64,000 nt of DNA, from the NCBI RefSeq assembly GCF_009914755.1, contig NC_060938.1. One strand, 5' to 3'. Made by a program: the position numbers and the translations under genes. Source of the stretch: the human T2T-CHM13v2.0 reference genome, Homo sapiens. The notes beneath the pieces were generated by a model. That model was not told the origin of the DNA. It ran no database searches and saw only the letters and a program-made list of their open reading frames with translations. Shown here piece by piece: positions 43,161-55,997 of this stretch. The first letter of the stretch is position 1; every line of letters begins with the position of its first letter.

Positions 43161-44104
43161 TTCTTTCTTGATTCTTCCAAACCAAAGAGAATTTCTAGTT
43201 GCAACAGAGTCTACAGACATTTCTGTTTAATGTCTCATGTGGAAAAGCAAACACTCAGTAACTGGGAATGATGATTACTGTGGCTGCTTTGTTGTTATTG
43301 CTATTTCTGTCATCATCATCATCATCCCCATTGAGATGAGTCTAAGTCAACTGGGTCACCTGGTGAGCAGGACTTTATAATCGCTAGGCCAATTAGACAC
43401 TGTGTCTTGAAATCGTAAAGCATAAGGACAGTTATCTGCAAAAGAGACACTCTGTTCCTTACATGTTAAGAATGACTGTATCAATGACTGAAGAAGTCAC
43501 AACATCCGTTTCTTCCTCCCTGTGGAAATTCTTTCCCTTTTCCTCCACCTCACTTCCCCACTGCCCATCAGTCTATTTGACACAACAGACACCTCTGAGA
43601 GCAAATGTTTCTATATTTATTACAACTGTGCCCATGTATCTCAAGACTAAACTGCCAGTCTAGTCCCCCCTTAACCCTGCCCCACAAAACACCGAATTTC
43701 TCATGTAAATTGTAAGAATTTATTTCCAAACTCTGCCATAATTTTTAACCATCAATTTGGGTGCCATTTCTCTAGACTTTATTATTTCAACGTCATTTCA
43801 CAAGGAATGTCTGATATACAAAGTGAAATATAAAGTGAAGGAATGATCAGGGAAATTCAAAGCACAAAAGCCGCTTAAATTCACGTTCCTGTACCTGGGT
43901 GGTTTTGTTGAGATGCTGTGAGCAGGTGGTACAGTCTTCAGGCCCAGCAGTTATCATACTTGCCTTTAGGAGTTGGTTAATGCTGGCTTGGGCACTGCCC
44001 AGGTACAACTGAGCAACACTCACCAAGGGTAATTCTTTGTCACATACATATTAAGTGTCTTAGTGAAAACCAAACAAACAAAAGAAACAATCTGCTGTCA
44101 AAAT

Positions 44105-44330
44105 GTTGGCCTTTGACTTGGAGTCAAATAAATATGCTGGATTTGGGATCTGCTAGACCAAGCTTTAAAGCTCATCTCCAACACATAGATAACTCACCTT
44201 GAAATGCAGTTTTCCACCTGGAAAATCAGAGTAATAACATTTGCCACAGTAGCATTTTGAGGGGGATGTTAGGGATATAATATGCATTCTATATAGAATG
44301 ACACTTTATAAGCTTGTAATAAATTGTTAC
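44105..44330 (+). mobile_element. MIR
   Basis: 'gacttggagtca...cagttttccacctggaaaat...gtaataaca'. Confidence 0.6.
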
Positions 44331-44799
44331 TCTAATGAGTATAATTATCATCTGTTGTGTCTCCAAAGTAGAACCATTGTCACCCATTGAATGTTTATAG
44401 CTTCTACTTGGAGTTGTGACTTCTGGTAGCCCTCATCACCATGGCCAATGACCATTTCCTCCTTTATCTTTAAGACTTAAAGTCCAATGGTCTCTCCAGT
44501 GAGTTAACCCTAGCTGAACCCCAAATTAGTTTCCTTTTGTCAGCTTCCAACCAGCTGCTTCTGCTGAGATCTGCTTGTCTTTCCCTCGGAGCTCAAAGCC
44601 ATAGAGTTTTAAGAATTCAGCAGGGGATAAACTAGAAGCTTCTTCTGGATTATTTAATATGGACCATCAATTATTCATTTGCCCCTGACCATTGTCTGGG
44701 ATGTATAAGGAATAGGTTTAGGCCCTAGCAACTAAGTAAGCACTGAGCAGAAGATGTTATCGCTAATCCCTTGTGAGGTCACCCTGCCCTACTGCACAT

Positions 44800-45245
44800 C
44801 ACTGAGCTTGTGGTCCCAAGAAGCAGAGCCTGAGATGGAGATCTTTGTGCAAGTGATTTACTGTGAAAGAAACTTTAAAAAGAGGGAGGAAATCAGGGAA
44901 TGGGCAGGTGAAGATGCTGAGCAAGGATGAAGTCTCAGATGCAGACTCACTCATGCCTGATCCCACAGAAGCTCTGGGGTATAAATGGCACCACAATGTT
45001 GGTCCCCTTGGTGACTTGACTCCAGACGATTGTTTCCATGCATCAGTTAGCTATTAGCTGCAGGCCACCTGTGTTGTGGTGGGTGGGTGGAAAATGCAAT
45101 TTCTAGGGTGAGGAGTTCTAACAGCAGAGGGTGATTCTCTACAGAATGGTGCAGCTTTGAGCCTACAACAGCCAAGACTTGCAGCAATTGGAAAATGGGT
45201 GATCAGTCTGAATAAAGCAGATCTATACAAAGTCACAAAGTGACC
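44800..45245 (-). mobile_element. LTR16C-like ERVL LTR
   Basis: 'gaagcagagcctgagatggagatctttgtgcaagtgattta', 'gcctgatcccacagaagctctgg'. Confidence 0.75.
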
Positions 45246-47029
45246 ACTAAACTGATTGCTCTTCCTGAACCCCTGAGACACACACTTGCCCCCATTTTAC
45301 ATAGCAAGTGGGACTTGGTCCCGATTCTCAAATGAGTGCCCAGAGGAAACAATAGATCCTCAGAGCTCAATTCTGCATCTGACAATTTCCTACTATCCTG
45401 ACTGTTGAGTGCATTCATAATCATTTATCTAATGCATCTCTTTTTCACCAGATGGCAAACTTCAACCCAGTAAAGACGATGTGCCATATCACCTTTATCC
45501 AGAACATTGCCTACCCTACAGTCGATGCTCAATAAAAGCATGTGAACATACACACATGAACATACACATCTACACAGATGTGGCATCTCAGGGATGTATA
45601 ATCATTCTCAGAAGTAGAGCAGTTTAAGTTCATGTTGAGAAAATATTGGCTCTAACTGTAATGTAATCTGCTTCTGTGTATCATGGACTTGGCACCATCC
45701 ACCACTTACATCATTCCACAGAACAGAGCCAGTCCTGTTGTTAATCATCCTGATTCCTGACTGTGCTAAAGCTCACCGTGGATAGAAATGATTGGCATCT
45801 CTGATATGCAAAGACCTAGTGAAGGTTTGCAATGACTGACTTTCTTTGACCTGGGCCACTGTAAATATCTAAGCAGAACCTCCTCTCCCAAACTGGCCTA
45901 GAAAAGTGAAAAAAAAAAAAAGGTGGGGTGGGGGGACTTGGAGGATTTCACTCTCTTCTGGACGATAAGAATAAATAAGGAAGAGTCACCTCCCGATGAC
46001 CACACAGCCAAGTTATAAAGGGGCTCCCATCACTTACATGTGTGCAGAGCAAACCTGCCCATGCCCCACCTTCAATCAAAAAGTCTTTTCTGTTGCACAA
46101 GCCCAAGCTTCCAAAACTCTCTCTCCTTGTCCATCATTGCTTCCTTCATCCTGTTCTCATTCTCTGATCATTTTTATCCCTACCTGTCCAAGACATGGTG
46201 GAGAGCAGACTCAAGGCCTGACCAAGTCAAACTCAGGATCTTGAATATATAACTTGCCCATGATCCCATATTCTGAACTATCCCTGGACATAGCTTCATC
46301 TTCACTTTGAGTCAAAATCATCTTTCCTGCTTGCCAGATCTGGTTCCTCCCCTACATATACACACAAAGTAAGCCTCCTCTTTTCAATATAGTTGTCATT
46401 TCCAGAGTCACTGTCAGGCATGAGCGTGTTGACCACACAAGCAACACTCAAACCACAGGAAGCAGGACTTGGAACTAGAGGCCAGAGTGAAAGAGTTCAG
46501 ATATGGAAGGAGTCCAATCAGATAGAGCTCAGGACTCACATCATGTAGCTTTTCTGGAAAGAGGGCTGAAAACAGAGGATAAGTCCTGGGATTTGGTGCT
46601 CAATGTCATGTTCCTGGGGAATGGCATACCTCAGAGCCAAGGGTGCTTATTTGCACAGCTGCACACTGAGGCTACAGAAATGCTCAGTGGCTGTGTGGCT
46701 GGAAGGGGCTGCTGTAATGTGTGTGCATGGGGAGAGAGGGGCAACCCTGAAGGCAGAATGGGTTTGGCTGCTCAGGTCCTGTGACTGTGGTTGCTAGGAG
46801 GCTCAGGCTCAGTTTTGAAAGGAGCCTCTGAACTCTTGGAAAAGCTCCTTCCAAATCAGAAATGATGAGAAGCTGAACACAACCTTCGGCTCAAGTTCAC
46901 CAGTGGAGAGGTCAGGAGTAAGTAGTGCATGAGCCAGGGGTTATCAAATTGAACTTTATGCTCTTAAAGATAAATACCATATCCAAATGCTGTGTCTTCT
47001 TTGCTAAAAATTACCAGCCAGCCTGGCTA

Positions 47030-47127
47030 TTTATGAACTTTATTCAGAAGTATTTATTGAGCACCTACCGTGTACCAGGCACTACATTATACATTATGGA
47101 TACTCACACAAAGTCCTAGTTCCTGCC
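47030..47127 (-). mobile_element. L2 3' end
   Basis: 'tattcagaagtatttattgagcacctaccgtgtaccaggcac'. Confidence 0.8.
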
Positions 47128-47555
47128 TGTTGTGGTTAATTTTATGCATCAGCTTGACTGGATTGCAGACTAATTAGATATTTGATCGCACATTATTCTG
47201 AGTGTTTTTATGAGGCTGTTTTGGAATGAGATTAACATTTAAATTGGTGGGCTTTGGATAAAGCATACTGCCCTTCTGAATTTGAGTGGGCCTTAACCAA
47301 TCAGTTGAAGGCCTGAATAGAATAAAAAGGCTGACCTTGTCCTACGTTATGGGGAACGTCTGCTACCTGACTGCCTTGAGCTGGAACATAGGGTTTTTTT
47401 TTTCCTGTGTCAAATCTCTTTCTGGGCTGAGAGTCTGCTGGCCTTCAGACAGAAACTTATACTATAGACTCTCTCGATGCTCAGACTTGGACTGGAACTA
47501 AATCACTGGGTCTCCTGGCTCTTGAGCTTGCCAACCACAGACCTAGCCACGTGAA
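47128..47555 (+). mobile_element. MLT2 ERVL LTR (partial)
   Basis: 'tggttaattttatgcatcagcttgactgg', 'ccaatcagttgaaggcctgaatagaataaaaaggctg'. Confidence 0.85.
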
Positions 47556-47559
47556 TGAT

Positions 47560-48030
47560 AGGCATCCATTTTCTCCCTACCTTTCTGTACTGCCTTTCAC
47601 GATGCTGGCTTCACCCTCTATGCAATATTCTGGATGTTCTGGATTCTTCCTCATTGATTAAAAAAAAAATGGCTGTAGCTGTTGCAGACTTTACACCCTT
47701 ACAAACTACTATCCAGAGAAAAAGAAAGAGTGCCGAGAGATCCTATGAAGAAAAATAAGGCTTCCCTTTCTCAGAATCTCCAATAAATACTTCATATTTC
47801 CTTGTCTCTGATTGGGTTGTGTACTCATCCTTGAACCAATCACAGTGGCCAAAGGGATGGGTACAATAATCGGTAAAGCCAATGAGAGTCCACTCCTGAA
47901 ACTAGACCCAGGGGTTAATTTTGCTATTAATTACATCTGAGAACAAGAGGGAGTGGTTCCCCCTTAACAATGCTAAGTACTGTTTCCTGAAGATGATTGG
48001 ATGGAAGAAAGAGAACAAGTACCATACAAA
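47560..48030 (-). mobile_element. Old MLT1 (J/L-like) LTR fragment
   Basis: 'ctctgattgggttgtgtactcatccttgaaccaatcacagtggccaaagggatgg'. Confidence 0.6.
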
Positions 48031-48049
48031 TTCACTCCACTGACCTCCT

Positions 48050-48453
48050 GAGTTAAGCCCTTACATGTGCTGTTCCTCTCACCTCTGCCAATTCCCCTAC
48101 TGTCATTTCTCATCTCAGACTAGTCCTTCTATCCCCAGTGACTGGTTGACATTTCTGGGGAGCTCTCCTGACCACTCCCTTCCTAGACCAGATTAAGTGG
48201 CCCTGTTTTGCCTCCTCCGACACTCCCCTAACAAGCACCTGCTGCTCTCCTGGCACTTCTATCAGTGTCTGAGTCACTTGTTTACTTGTTGCCCAAACCC
48301 ACTGGACTATAAATTTTTTTCACAGTATTGCCAAGAGAAAACACATAGCTTCAGGTGCTAGGAGCTGTGCTCAAAACTATTTGAAAGGTGAATGCAGGAA
48401 TGGATGGATGAGTGAATGAATGAGGTGGGTGAATAATGAAATGAATGAATGAA
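48050..48453 (+). mobile_element. L2 3' end with (TGAA)n tail
   Basis: 'cactggactataaa...gtgctcaaaactatttg...gaatgaatga'. Confidence 0.7.
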
Positions 48454-49169
48454 GTGACTTAGACTTTAATCTTAACCAACTGAAAGAAAGAAAGGTCTCA
48501 TTATCAGCACTCCAGGAAAGCCAGGAGAGATCTTGTTTTCCTAGATACTGGTCAAATTTGATAGAGAATATTGTTTTGAAATATGAAATGCTGAAACCAG
48601 GGAAGAACCTGATTTAACATCGTAAGAAGAATCAGACGTACAAAAATAGCAAGTGAATGCAGTTAATTACGATTTAAATATTGATCATAAAGGACTCTTT
48701 CAGCCTGAATTAACATAGTGAATTTCAAATCAAAGACCCTGTATAATCAGATAAAGATTGACCATTGACCCTGGCATTGTGCCAGATGACTAAGTCAGGT
48801 CTCATCCTTTCTTGGGAAACCTCCCCTTGGTGTTGACATTCCAGGGAGAGGCATGGGTCCAGCACTGCACCCAAATATTGAGTCTGCATGGATGTAATCA
48901 GAGATGGGGCACCGGACTGTCTTTGAAAGGGATTTCCTTCAAACCATGAAACTGATCATTAATCACTTTTGCGTAGCTTGCTGTGTTGTTGCAATGATGG
49001 GGAAATTCAAGTAAAAAACAAAATTCACCTGACAATAAAATATAAATCTGTGTCAATATCACAGTATATGTGGCAAAAAGCAGCCCAACCATGGTCTCAA
49101 CTCAAGATAATCAGGACAGAAAGTCTATATAGCACTTGGAATCTCACAGGAGTCTTGGCTTTCCTGTTG

Positions 49170-49330
49170 TCTTTACTGTACTTTGCTTTAACCAACCTGG
49201 AAGGACAACATCACCACACCTGTCTTGCAGAAGAGAAAACTGAGGCCCAGAAGGCTAATGGGATTTGTGCACAGCTACTAACAATTGTCCACCTAATGAT
49301 TTGAATTCAGATAGCTTCTTTAATGCTCTT
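49170..49330 (-). mobile_element. MIR
   Basis: 'gcagaagagaaaactgaggcccagaagg..cacagcta..gatttgaattcag'. Confidence 0.75.
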
Positions 49331-51402
49331 CAACACAACTTCCTCACTCTAAGTCAAATGTGAGCAGCATTAAAAGAAAATAAAAGTACAGTATTGTACA
49401 GAAAGCAACATACGTCATTCATGGCTGTGTGTGTCCATAAATATGTGTGTGTATATATATATGCATGTATATATGTATCTATATGTATGATAAAAAATAA
49501 AAATAACAACTACAACAACAAAAAAACAGAACATGGAAGTAAAAAAAGAGAGTGATTTTCCAGCAGGTTCCTGCAGAGCCCTTCTCTTGATTCCTGAGAG
49601 GTTCAATTAACGGATGCAAGTCATAAAACAGTGCATTTTCTCTCTGCTATGATGCATTGTTTTTAATCTCACTGCCTTGTATTATATCACATTCCTATAA
49701 TTCTTCCGACAGGAAAAGGCTTGTTTCATAAAAATATAGTCCCCAGCATTTGAAATATAAGTTCACATGCAAGCAACATATATATCACCAAGCTGGCAAA
49801 CTAACTCACTTACTTAATCCACTAAACTTCAGGTGCTTTCTATATTATGTGAAATGGCTTGAAACAGGCAGAAGCTGCCAGGACCCATCACGGCTTCTTT
49901 GCTCAAGAGAGACAAGAGGAGAAGGGGAGAAGGGAGCGGGGGGAGTGGAAATTCCCTCAGTGGATTCCACAATAACATGCCTTTCATTATCACCCAGTGT
50001 CAGGACACTGGGTAATGTTCATTGTGCATGCACAATAAATTACTATTTACCTGGCAGTGCTTTTGATAAGCTCGTCTCCTCACCCCCTTTCTGTCCATGC
50101 AGCACAGAGCAGCGAAACCCCTTTGCCTATAATTCTTATTAAGGTGATACCTTTTCTGAATAAGAAAGTACACACTTCCAAAGCTGGCACTCTCTGGGGT
50201 TTTTAAGGGACATTGTTTTTATTGGTTCCCTTTTATTTCTTCCACCCCACTGTGTTTTAATGCTATAGTGACTTCTGTGTATACAACTCTCATATTGAAA
50301 TGTCGGCTGCAGATATATGCAATATTAAAGAGCGCTTATGAATTTTTGACATCTAATTAGTCGCTACCCTGTTAACATGTCAGGACTCAGAGGGATTAGG
50401 GAGGCAGCCCTTTCTGAATAAGTTACAGTGAGGCTCCTGTCCTTTTCATGTATTATTCTTTAATGTAGGTGGTGATTATTTGGCTGTGATTAATTGATGA
50501 AGCCCATTGGTCTGGCAAGTGGTGCCGAATTCACCATTCCTCACTTTTATTTCTCTCAGTAGGGTTCTGCCACTTAATCGGAAGGACCTGCTTCCTTCCA
50601 GGCAATCTCTCTGTGCAGCGTTCTGGGGCAGAGGGACTGTTCTGGGTGACCCACCTAGACCCTTTCACAGCTCTTGGCTCCCTGGTCAGCAGTGGGTTTT
50701 GCATCCTGTCTTCTTGGACAAGCCCTGTGCCCTGTGCCCCCTGGCCAGGCATGTCTGAAATGCAGTGGCACCCCCTATACAAAGGCTTCCTGTTGCTCCC
50801 CTTTTCTCTCATATCTGATTTTCGAGCCTTGCTTTCTGGTACCTTTAACACCTGTAGCTCCCTGCCTGGCTCAGTTTACTTCTGGGTTCAGCTGCCTGCC
50901 AAGACGCCAGGTGACAATCGGGGCTCTCCAAGGCCGCTCCTGCCATTGTCTCCAGCTGTGGGGCCCAAGAAACCACACACGTGAGATGCACAGTCTGATA
51001 TGGCCGGCTCTGCCCCTCTGGGTAAGTGATACCAAGCTCTAAAAAAAGGCAACAATGAGAAGCGGATGTTGGGGAGAGGGGACCTGCTGGCTGCTGCTTT
51101 TGGGCACTGCCCCATGGGTGTCAAACACCCTGCTGTGTTTAGGCAGCTTCCGCCTCCTAGGAACTCTATGCCCACACAGTCCTCCCAGAAGCTCCTGTCC
51201 CAGCTCCCTGGGCTCCCACGGAGGAATCCTCTTTCACAGTGGGTTCTTAGGAATGTCAGATCTGATAGTCTTGGATTTGAAGCTGGGCAAGATTTTTAAC
51301 ATTTTAGATAAAGCAAGCAGGGAAATGATTTGTGAGTATAGCTCTGTGTTTAAGCACAGGGAGAGGGAGGTGTTTTCTGCTTCACCGCATGACTCCCCTT
51401 CC

Positions 51403-51600
51403 ATACACCCACATGTGCATGCAGGCACACACATGTATACACACAGGTGCATGCATCCATACACACAGACCCACACATGTACACATACAGGCCCACACAC
51501 ACCCATAGATAGACACACACACTCCCAGGTACACATGCAGGTGCACACACCCATGCACACACAGGCATACACAGGTACACACACAGACACACACTCTCTC
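51403..51600. repeat. Degenerate (CA)n-rich tract
   Basis: Directly visible; source of the H/T- and C/V-rich ORFs. Confidence 0.92.
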
Positions 51601-52260
51601 TCCCACAGCTTTCTAGACAAAGGCTCTGCCATCAGACTTTCGTACCCTGGCCTCCTGGTTTTATGAACAAATAATTCCTTTTTTTGCAAAGCAGAATTCC
51701 CCGCCCCCATTATAAACTCCCACCATTCAAATCTATAATTGGGGGAGTAACAGAGCTGTGGCCGACTTATCTTTTTAAATGCACCGACCCTGGACGAGCC
51801 ATCCTAAAAATGTGTAATTATAAATAAACCTTCACCTATGTCAGCTGGCAGGGTTTTTAATTACTGCACTTGATGTCAATCAAGGCCAGCTCTGGGTATG
51901 CATGTTAGGGGGCAATTTCAGAGGAATTTTGCGGACATAAGCTGTTTGCCTTATTCTATTATCTGCATTTAAAAGGGGAGAGGAGGAGATAAGGCGACAG
52001 CCAGGAGGGGAGAGAGAAAGAGCAGCTCATGGAAAGAAAATGGTGGGGGAGGCATTTTACCGAGGCTGCAGCATCCTGCTGGGGCTGGGGAGGGCAGATA
52101 CTGGACATCTCTCCTAACCCAGGGCCCCACACTGCTGGCCCCCTCTTTGTCTCCCAACCCTTTCTTGCAGGAAGATAAGGAGGGAGATGGGAGTGAGGTG
52201 TATATTTGCTGATGGAAGGGGGTGGAGGGGGCCCCTGCTAATCATGTGGGGACAAGGCGG

Positions 52261-52302
52261 GGATGAGGGTGGGGGTAGGATGAGGGTGGGGGTAGGATGA
52301 GG
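52261..52302 (+). repeat. 17-bp G-rich tandem repeat (ggatgagggtgggggta x2.5)
   Basis: Exact copies at 52261-52277 and 52278-52294, plus a partial third. Confidence 0.9.
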
Positions 52303-52663
52303 CAGGGAAGGAGAAGATCAGGAAGAGCAAGAAGTGTTGGGGGGAAACGCTAAAAGGAAAAAAAATCAATTGATGCATATTCACTTTCTCCTCCACTGCG
52401 GATTCTATCCGAAGGAAACACTGAACTTTGTAGTGTTAGCAGCAGCTGAAATTTAGAATTATTGTTTCCTTCTAACAGAAGACTCATTTTCCACGGCCGC
52501 ATTTGCAGCATAATAAGCTTTTTGTTATTTTTTCAATTAGAGTCAATTGACCTAACAAAATGCTTGGCAATTAAGTGATTTTTGTAATGGTCCGGGGGTA
52601 ATTTAGTCGAGCTTGTCAGCTGTGTTTCATGAAGCCAGGCTGTCTTTTTTTTTTCCCCACTGC

Positions 52664-52678
52664 CTCTCTCTCTCTCCC

Positions 52679-52712
<34 letters not shown>

Positions 52713-52720
52713 CTCTCTCT
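52664..52720. repeat. (CT)n microsatellite
   Basis: Directly visible. Confidence 0.97.
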
Positions 52721-53596
52721 CGAGCATAATGGCTCATAATTTCGAAATCTTTTCCTTCTGTTTCCCTCACAATAATTCGCAATTACAGGAAGTTGTTGGA
52801 GGTGATTTTTTTTTCTACCTTGCCTTTTGAGTCAGTAATTTTAAATAAAATGTACATACTTATAAAAAGGCAGCTATTACTGAAATCACTTTTTGTGTAA
52901 ACTCAATTATTTCATGAATAGTGACACCAGCTTATACTGGGTCCCACTCCTGAAGGCTGAGGCATTATTATCTTCAGGGTAAAAGGTTTGGAACATTCAG
53001 AACACTCTTTCCAAATCAAACCAGCATTCAATAAGGTAAACACGACTTCAGGAGAGCAGGAGGCGGCTGGGTTACCTGGCCATGAAAAATGGCAACCTCC
53101 GGGCAGCCCTCATCTCTGTTTCCTCCCCTGGGCAAGGACTGGACTTTGGCTTCTCATCCTCTGATTTATGAGGAAATTCCTCATTTGCCTAATTGATTCA
53201 TTTTCTTAAGACGACATCTGGAGTTACATTTTCTTTTAAAAGGCTGCAGTTAGAGCTGATGACTAGCTCAGATGTTCCTTCATTGTGTTACTATCTGTTT
53301 ATACCTATCTTAAAAATATATAATATTCTGCACGTATCTGCATACGTGCATACATACAGAAATAGCAGAAAGACGTGCTGGTGTTTTTTCAGACAAATTC
53401 GCCTAGGAGGTAATGTGAGTCGTTATCAGGATTCATCTTTAACCTTTAGGAGGCTCATGTACATTTTCACATTGCCTTATGTGTTTGAAAATGATCTCTG
53501 CCTTCTACTCCTGAGTTACAATCCCTGGTTGACTTTAGTTGCCCCCACTGTGAAAAACAACTTAGCAGTAGCCCACTTCGTTCCTTGGTAAAAATC

Positions 53597-53615
53597 TCCC
53601 CAGTAGGGGGCAGTA
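53597..53615 (+). promoter_or_regulatory. Candidate CTCF binding site
   Basis: CCAGTAGGGGGCAG (53600-53613) matches the core CCASYAGRKGGCRS at all 14 positions, in unique DNA that retains CpGs. Confidence 0.6.
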
Positions 53616-55424
53616 GAAGAGCAAGCCAGCGGAACCCCATTTCGGCTGGCCCTTTAACAGGGCCAAGACTTCCCCGCTCTGGGAGGCCCATCCCCTCTTG
53701 GCTCCCGTTGGAACGCAGAGTTGGAAAGATCCATTAGTACAGAACACTGGTTTTGAATTGGTCTCCCAATTCTGTCTGGATAACATCTAATCAAATGCTC
53801 CTCCCTCTCCTTTTAGGTTTTATATCTTTTCAAAGTGATTCATTGAAAGCTGTGGCTGTTGTCAGCTGGGTGCTGGGAGCACTGAACAAATTCCCTGCCT
53901 AGGTTGTGTAGACAACGTGGGGAATGGGAGACCCTTGGGATCCTGATGGTCTCGCCAGGCCTACTGAGACAAGTGTCCAGTGCCATCGGACCTGTGCTCA
54001 TGCAGTTACTTACTACCATGTGAATCTGACCATCAAAATTCTTCCTACATTTCAATTCCCCCAACTCTAAAATGAGGAGGTTGGGCTTGATACCATCTCA
54101 GAACTCTTCCAGCTATAAACTGCAAACCAATCAGGTATTAATTAATTCATTCATCCACTCTTTACAAGATGCACCCTGATCTGCAGAAGACATTCCTGTG
54201 TATAACAGAGTCATCATATTCTTGGGTTTGATTTGTTCTTTTTTAAAATATGGAATTTTTGTTTAATTCCAAATGGTTTTCTTTATTCTTTTTGTTGTTG
54301 TACAATTTACCCTCAACCAAAGAAAGAATAACGATAATTTGGAGAGTTAAACTTATTTCATAGCTTTAAATAGGTGTGTGATTTCCACAGTGACTGACGT
54401 CTTACCTGTATTTTGAGATATTTGGAAATCTTTACCTGTTTCCCCAGTGGTCATGGACAGCCTTGGGCTTGACTTGGTTTAGATTCTCAGACACTGTGGT
54501 TTGGACTGGGCTGGGGCTGGGCCCAGCCTCTCAAGGCTTTGATTAATCCACTGCACCTCTCATTTTCCTGACTATAAAAGAGAAGCTACAGTTCTGAATA
54601 AGCATCTTGCAGAAGAAAGAAGCCAAAGCAGAAAGTATTAAACTTTCATCCAGCACCATAGGAGAGATGTAGTTATTAAATTTCAGCTGCTTATCAAACT
54701 GATATGAAAGTCATTTTGCATGATTGCTTTGCATCCTCAAATCTTCTGCTTTTATTTGCAATGCATCTCCGTGCTTTCTTATTAGAAAAATACTCAAAGG
54801 ATAAAAAAGCTGATAATATTATTCGGTTTTGACAATTAGGTAGAAAAAGCATTCAAAGAAGTGCTTTTTTATTGCAGCTGGTAATACTATTGGAGGTCCT
54901 CCTGATAGCAGTCTATACTGATGCTACCCAAGGTGACACTGGTTTTATCTTTTAATTGCCGTGTACTGGTTATACTGGATCTGGGCAAGGGAGGCTATTT
55001 CTAATCTTTGCATTGGGACATAGGACTCTAGCTTATATGACAGGTTCAGCTTATCCTGAACCTCTTGCATTTGCTCACTCTTGACTTTATGTTGTGTCCA
55101 CTGCTCTCACTTGTATTGGGCCTAGGATGAGGACTTTTGCTGACTATTCAACACACCTTTGTTGAATATTTACTGTGTGTTGGGAAATGCCTTAAGACCC
55201 AGAGATGTAGCTTCAAGCCATAGACCACCTACAATTGAATTTTATCTCCCCTTTTTCAATTAAATCATCAGAGTTCACTTTTAAATTATATGCACATATA
55301 AAATTCTAAATTATGTATACATTTATGCACATAAAGATATATGATTTTTTTCATCATTTCACTATCTTTTTGTGGTCCACAGAATGCAAAAATGATTATT
55401 TTGACTTATTAGCCAGTTCTATGG

Positions 55425-55620
55425 ACCTTATTTTACTTTAGCCTTTTAAATAGCTCTATGAGGTAGAGACTCATTTTCTTTTGACAACAGAGGAAAGTGA
55501 AGCTTAGTGGGGTAAAGAGACTTGTTCAGGATCATACAGGTGGTATATGACATCTATGTGATTCAAGTCACATCTGTGAGACTATAAAGCAGTGCTATCT
55601 TTTGGCCTTAGCCTACTGCC
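55425..55620 (-). mobile_element. MIR
   Basis: 'ctctatgaggtag...gaggaaagtgaagcttag..ggtaaagagacttgttcaggatcatacag'. Confidence 0.75.
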
Positions 55621-55997
55621 AGCATCTCCGTTAGCATCTCTCACCAATAGTCGTCAATGCCCTTTATTTCCATGTGTTCAGATTCTAGCAAAGTAGGGAG
55701 AGACCTCAGCACAACGGGCATCATCACCCAGTAATAGACATGAGCACCAAGGCTTTGGGAGCTGAGACAGAGGAGTAGGCGCCCCATGCACCAATATCTC
55801 TAAGCCCCATACTTTCTGCTTTTTTGCAAGGAAATGGAGATTGCTTACCACAACCATTAGACTGCTGCTGACAACAAGGGAGATGCAGCCACTGAAATCT
55901 AATTCTGGAGAGCTAAAGGGACTCTTGTCGGAAGAGGGAAGTGGTAGCTGTGCCCCGTGGAAATAGCTCAAACTGAAAGTCAAGGAAGATCCTAATT

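Noticed and set aside
45444-45457. Second CTCF-like motif tcaccagatggcaa
   Set aside because: Mismatches at both ends of the core, and it lies in L2-like sequence.
51055-51710. Longest ORFs in the window (203 aa +, 158 aa -)
   Set aside because: They stay open because the CA-rich tract lacks stops; the products are low-complexity with no domain.
55042-55063. 8-bp inverted repeat aggttcag/ctgaacct
   Set aside because: A stem this short is expected by chance in 64 kb.
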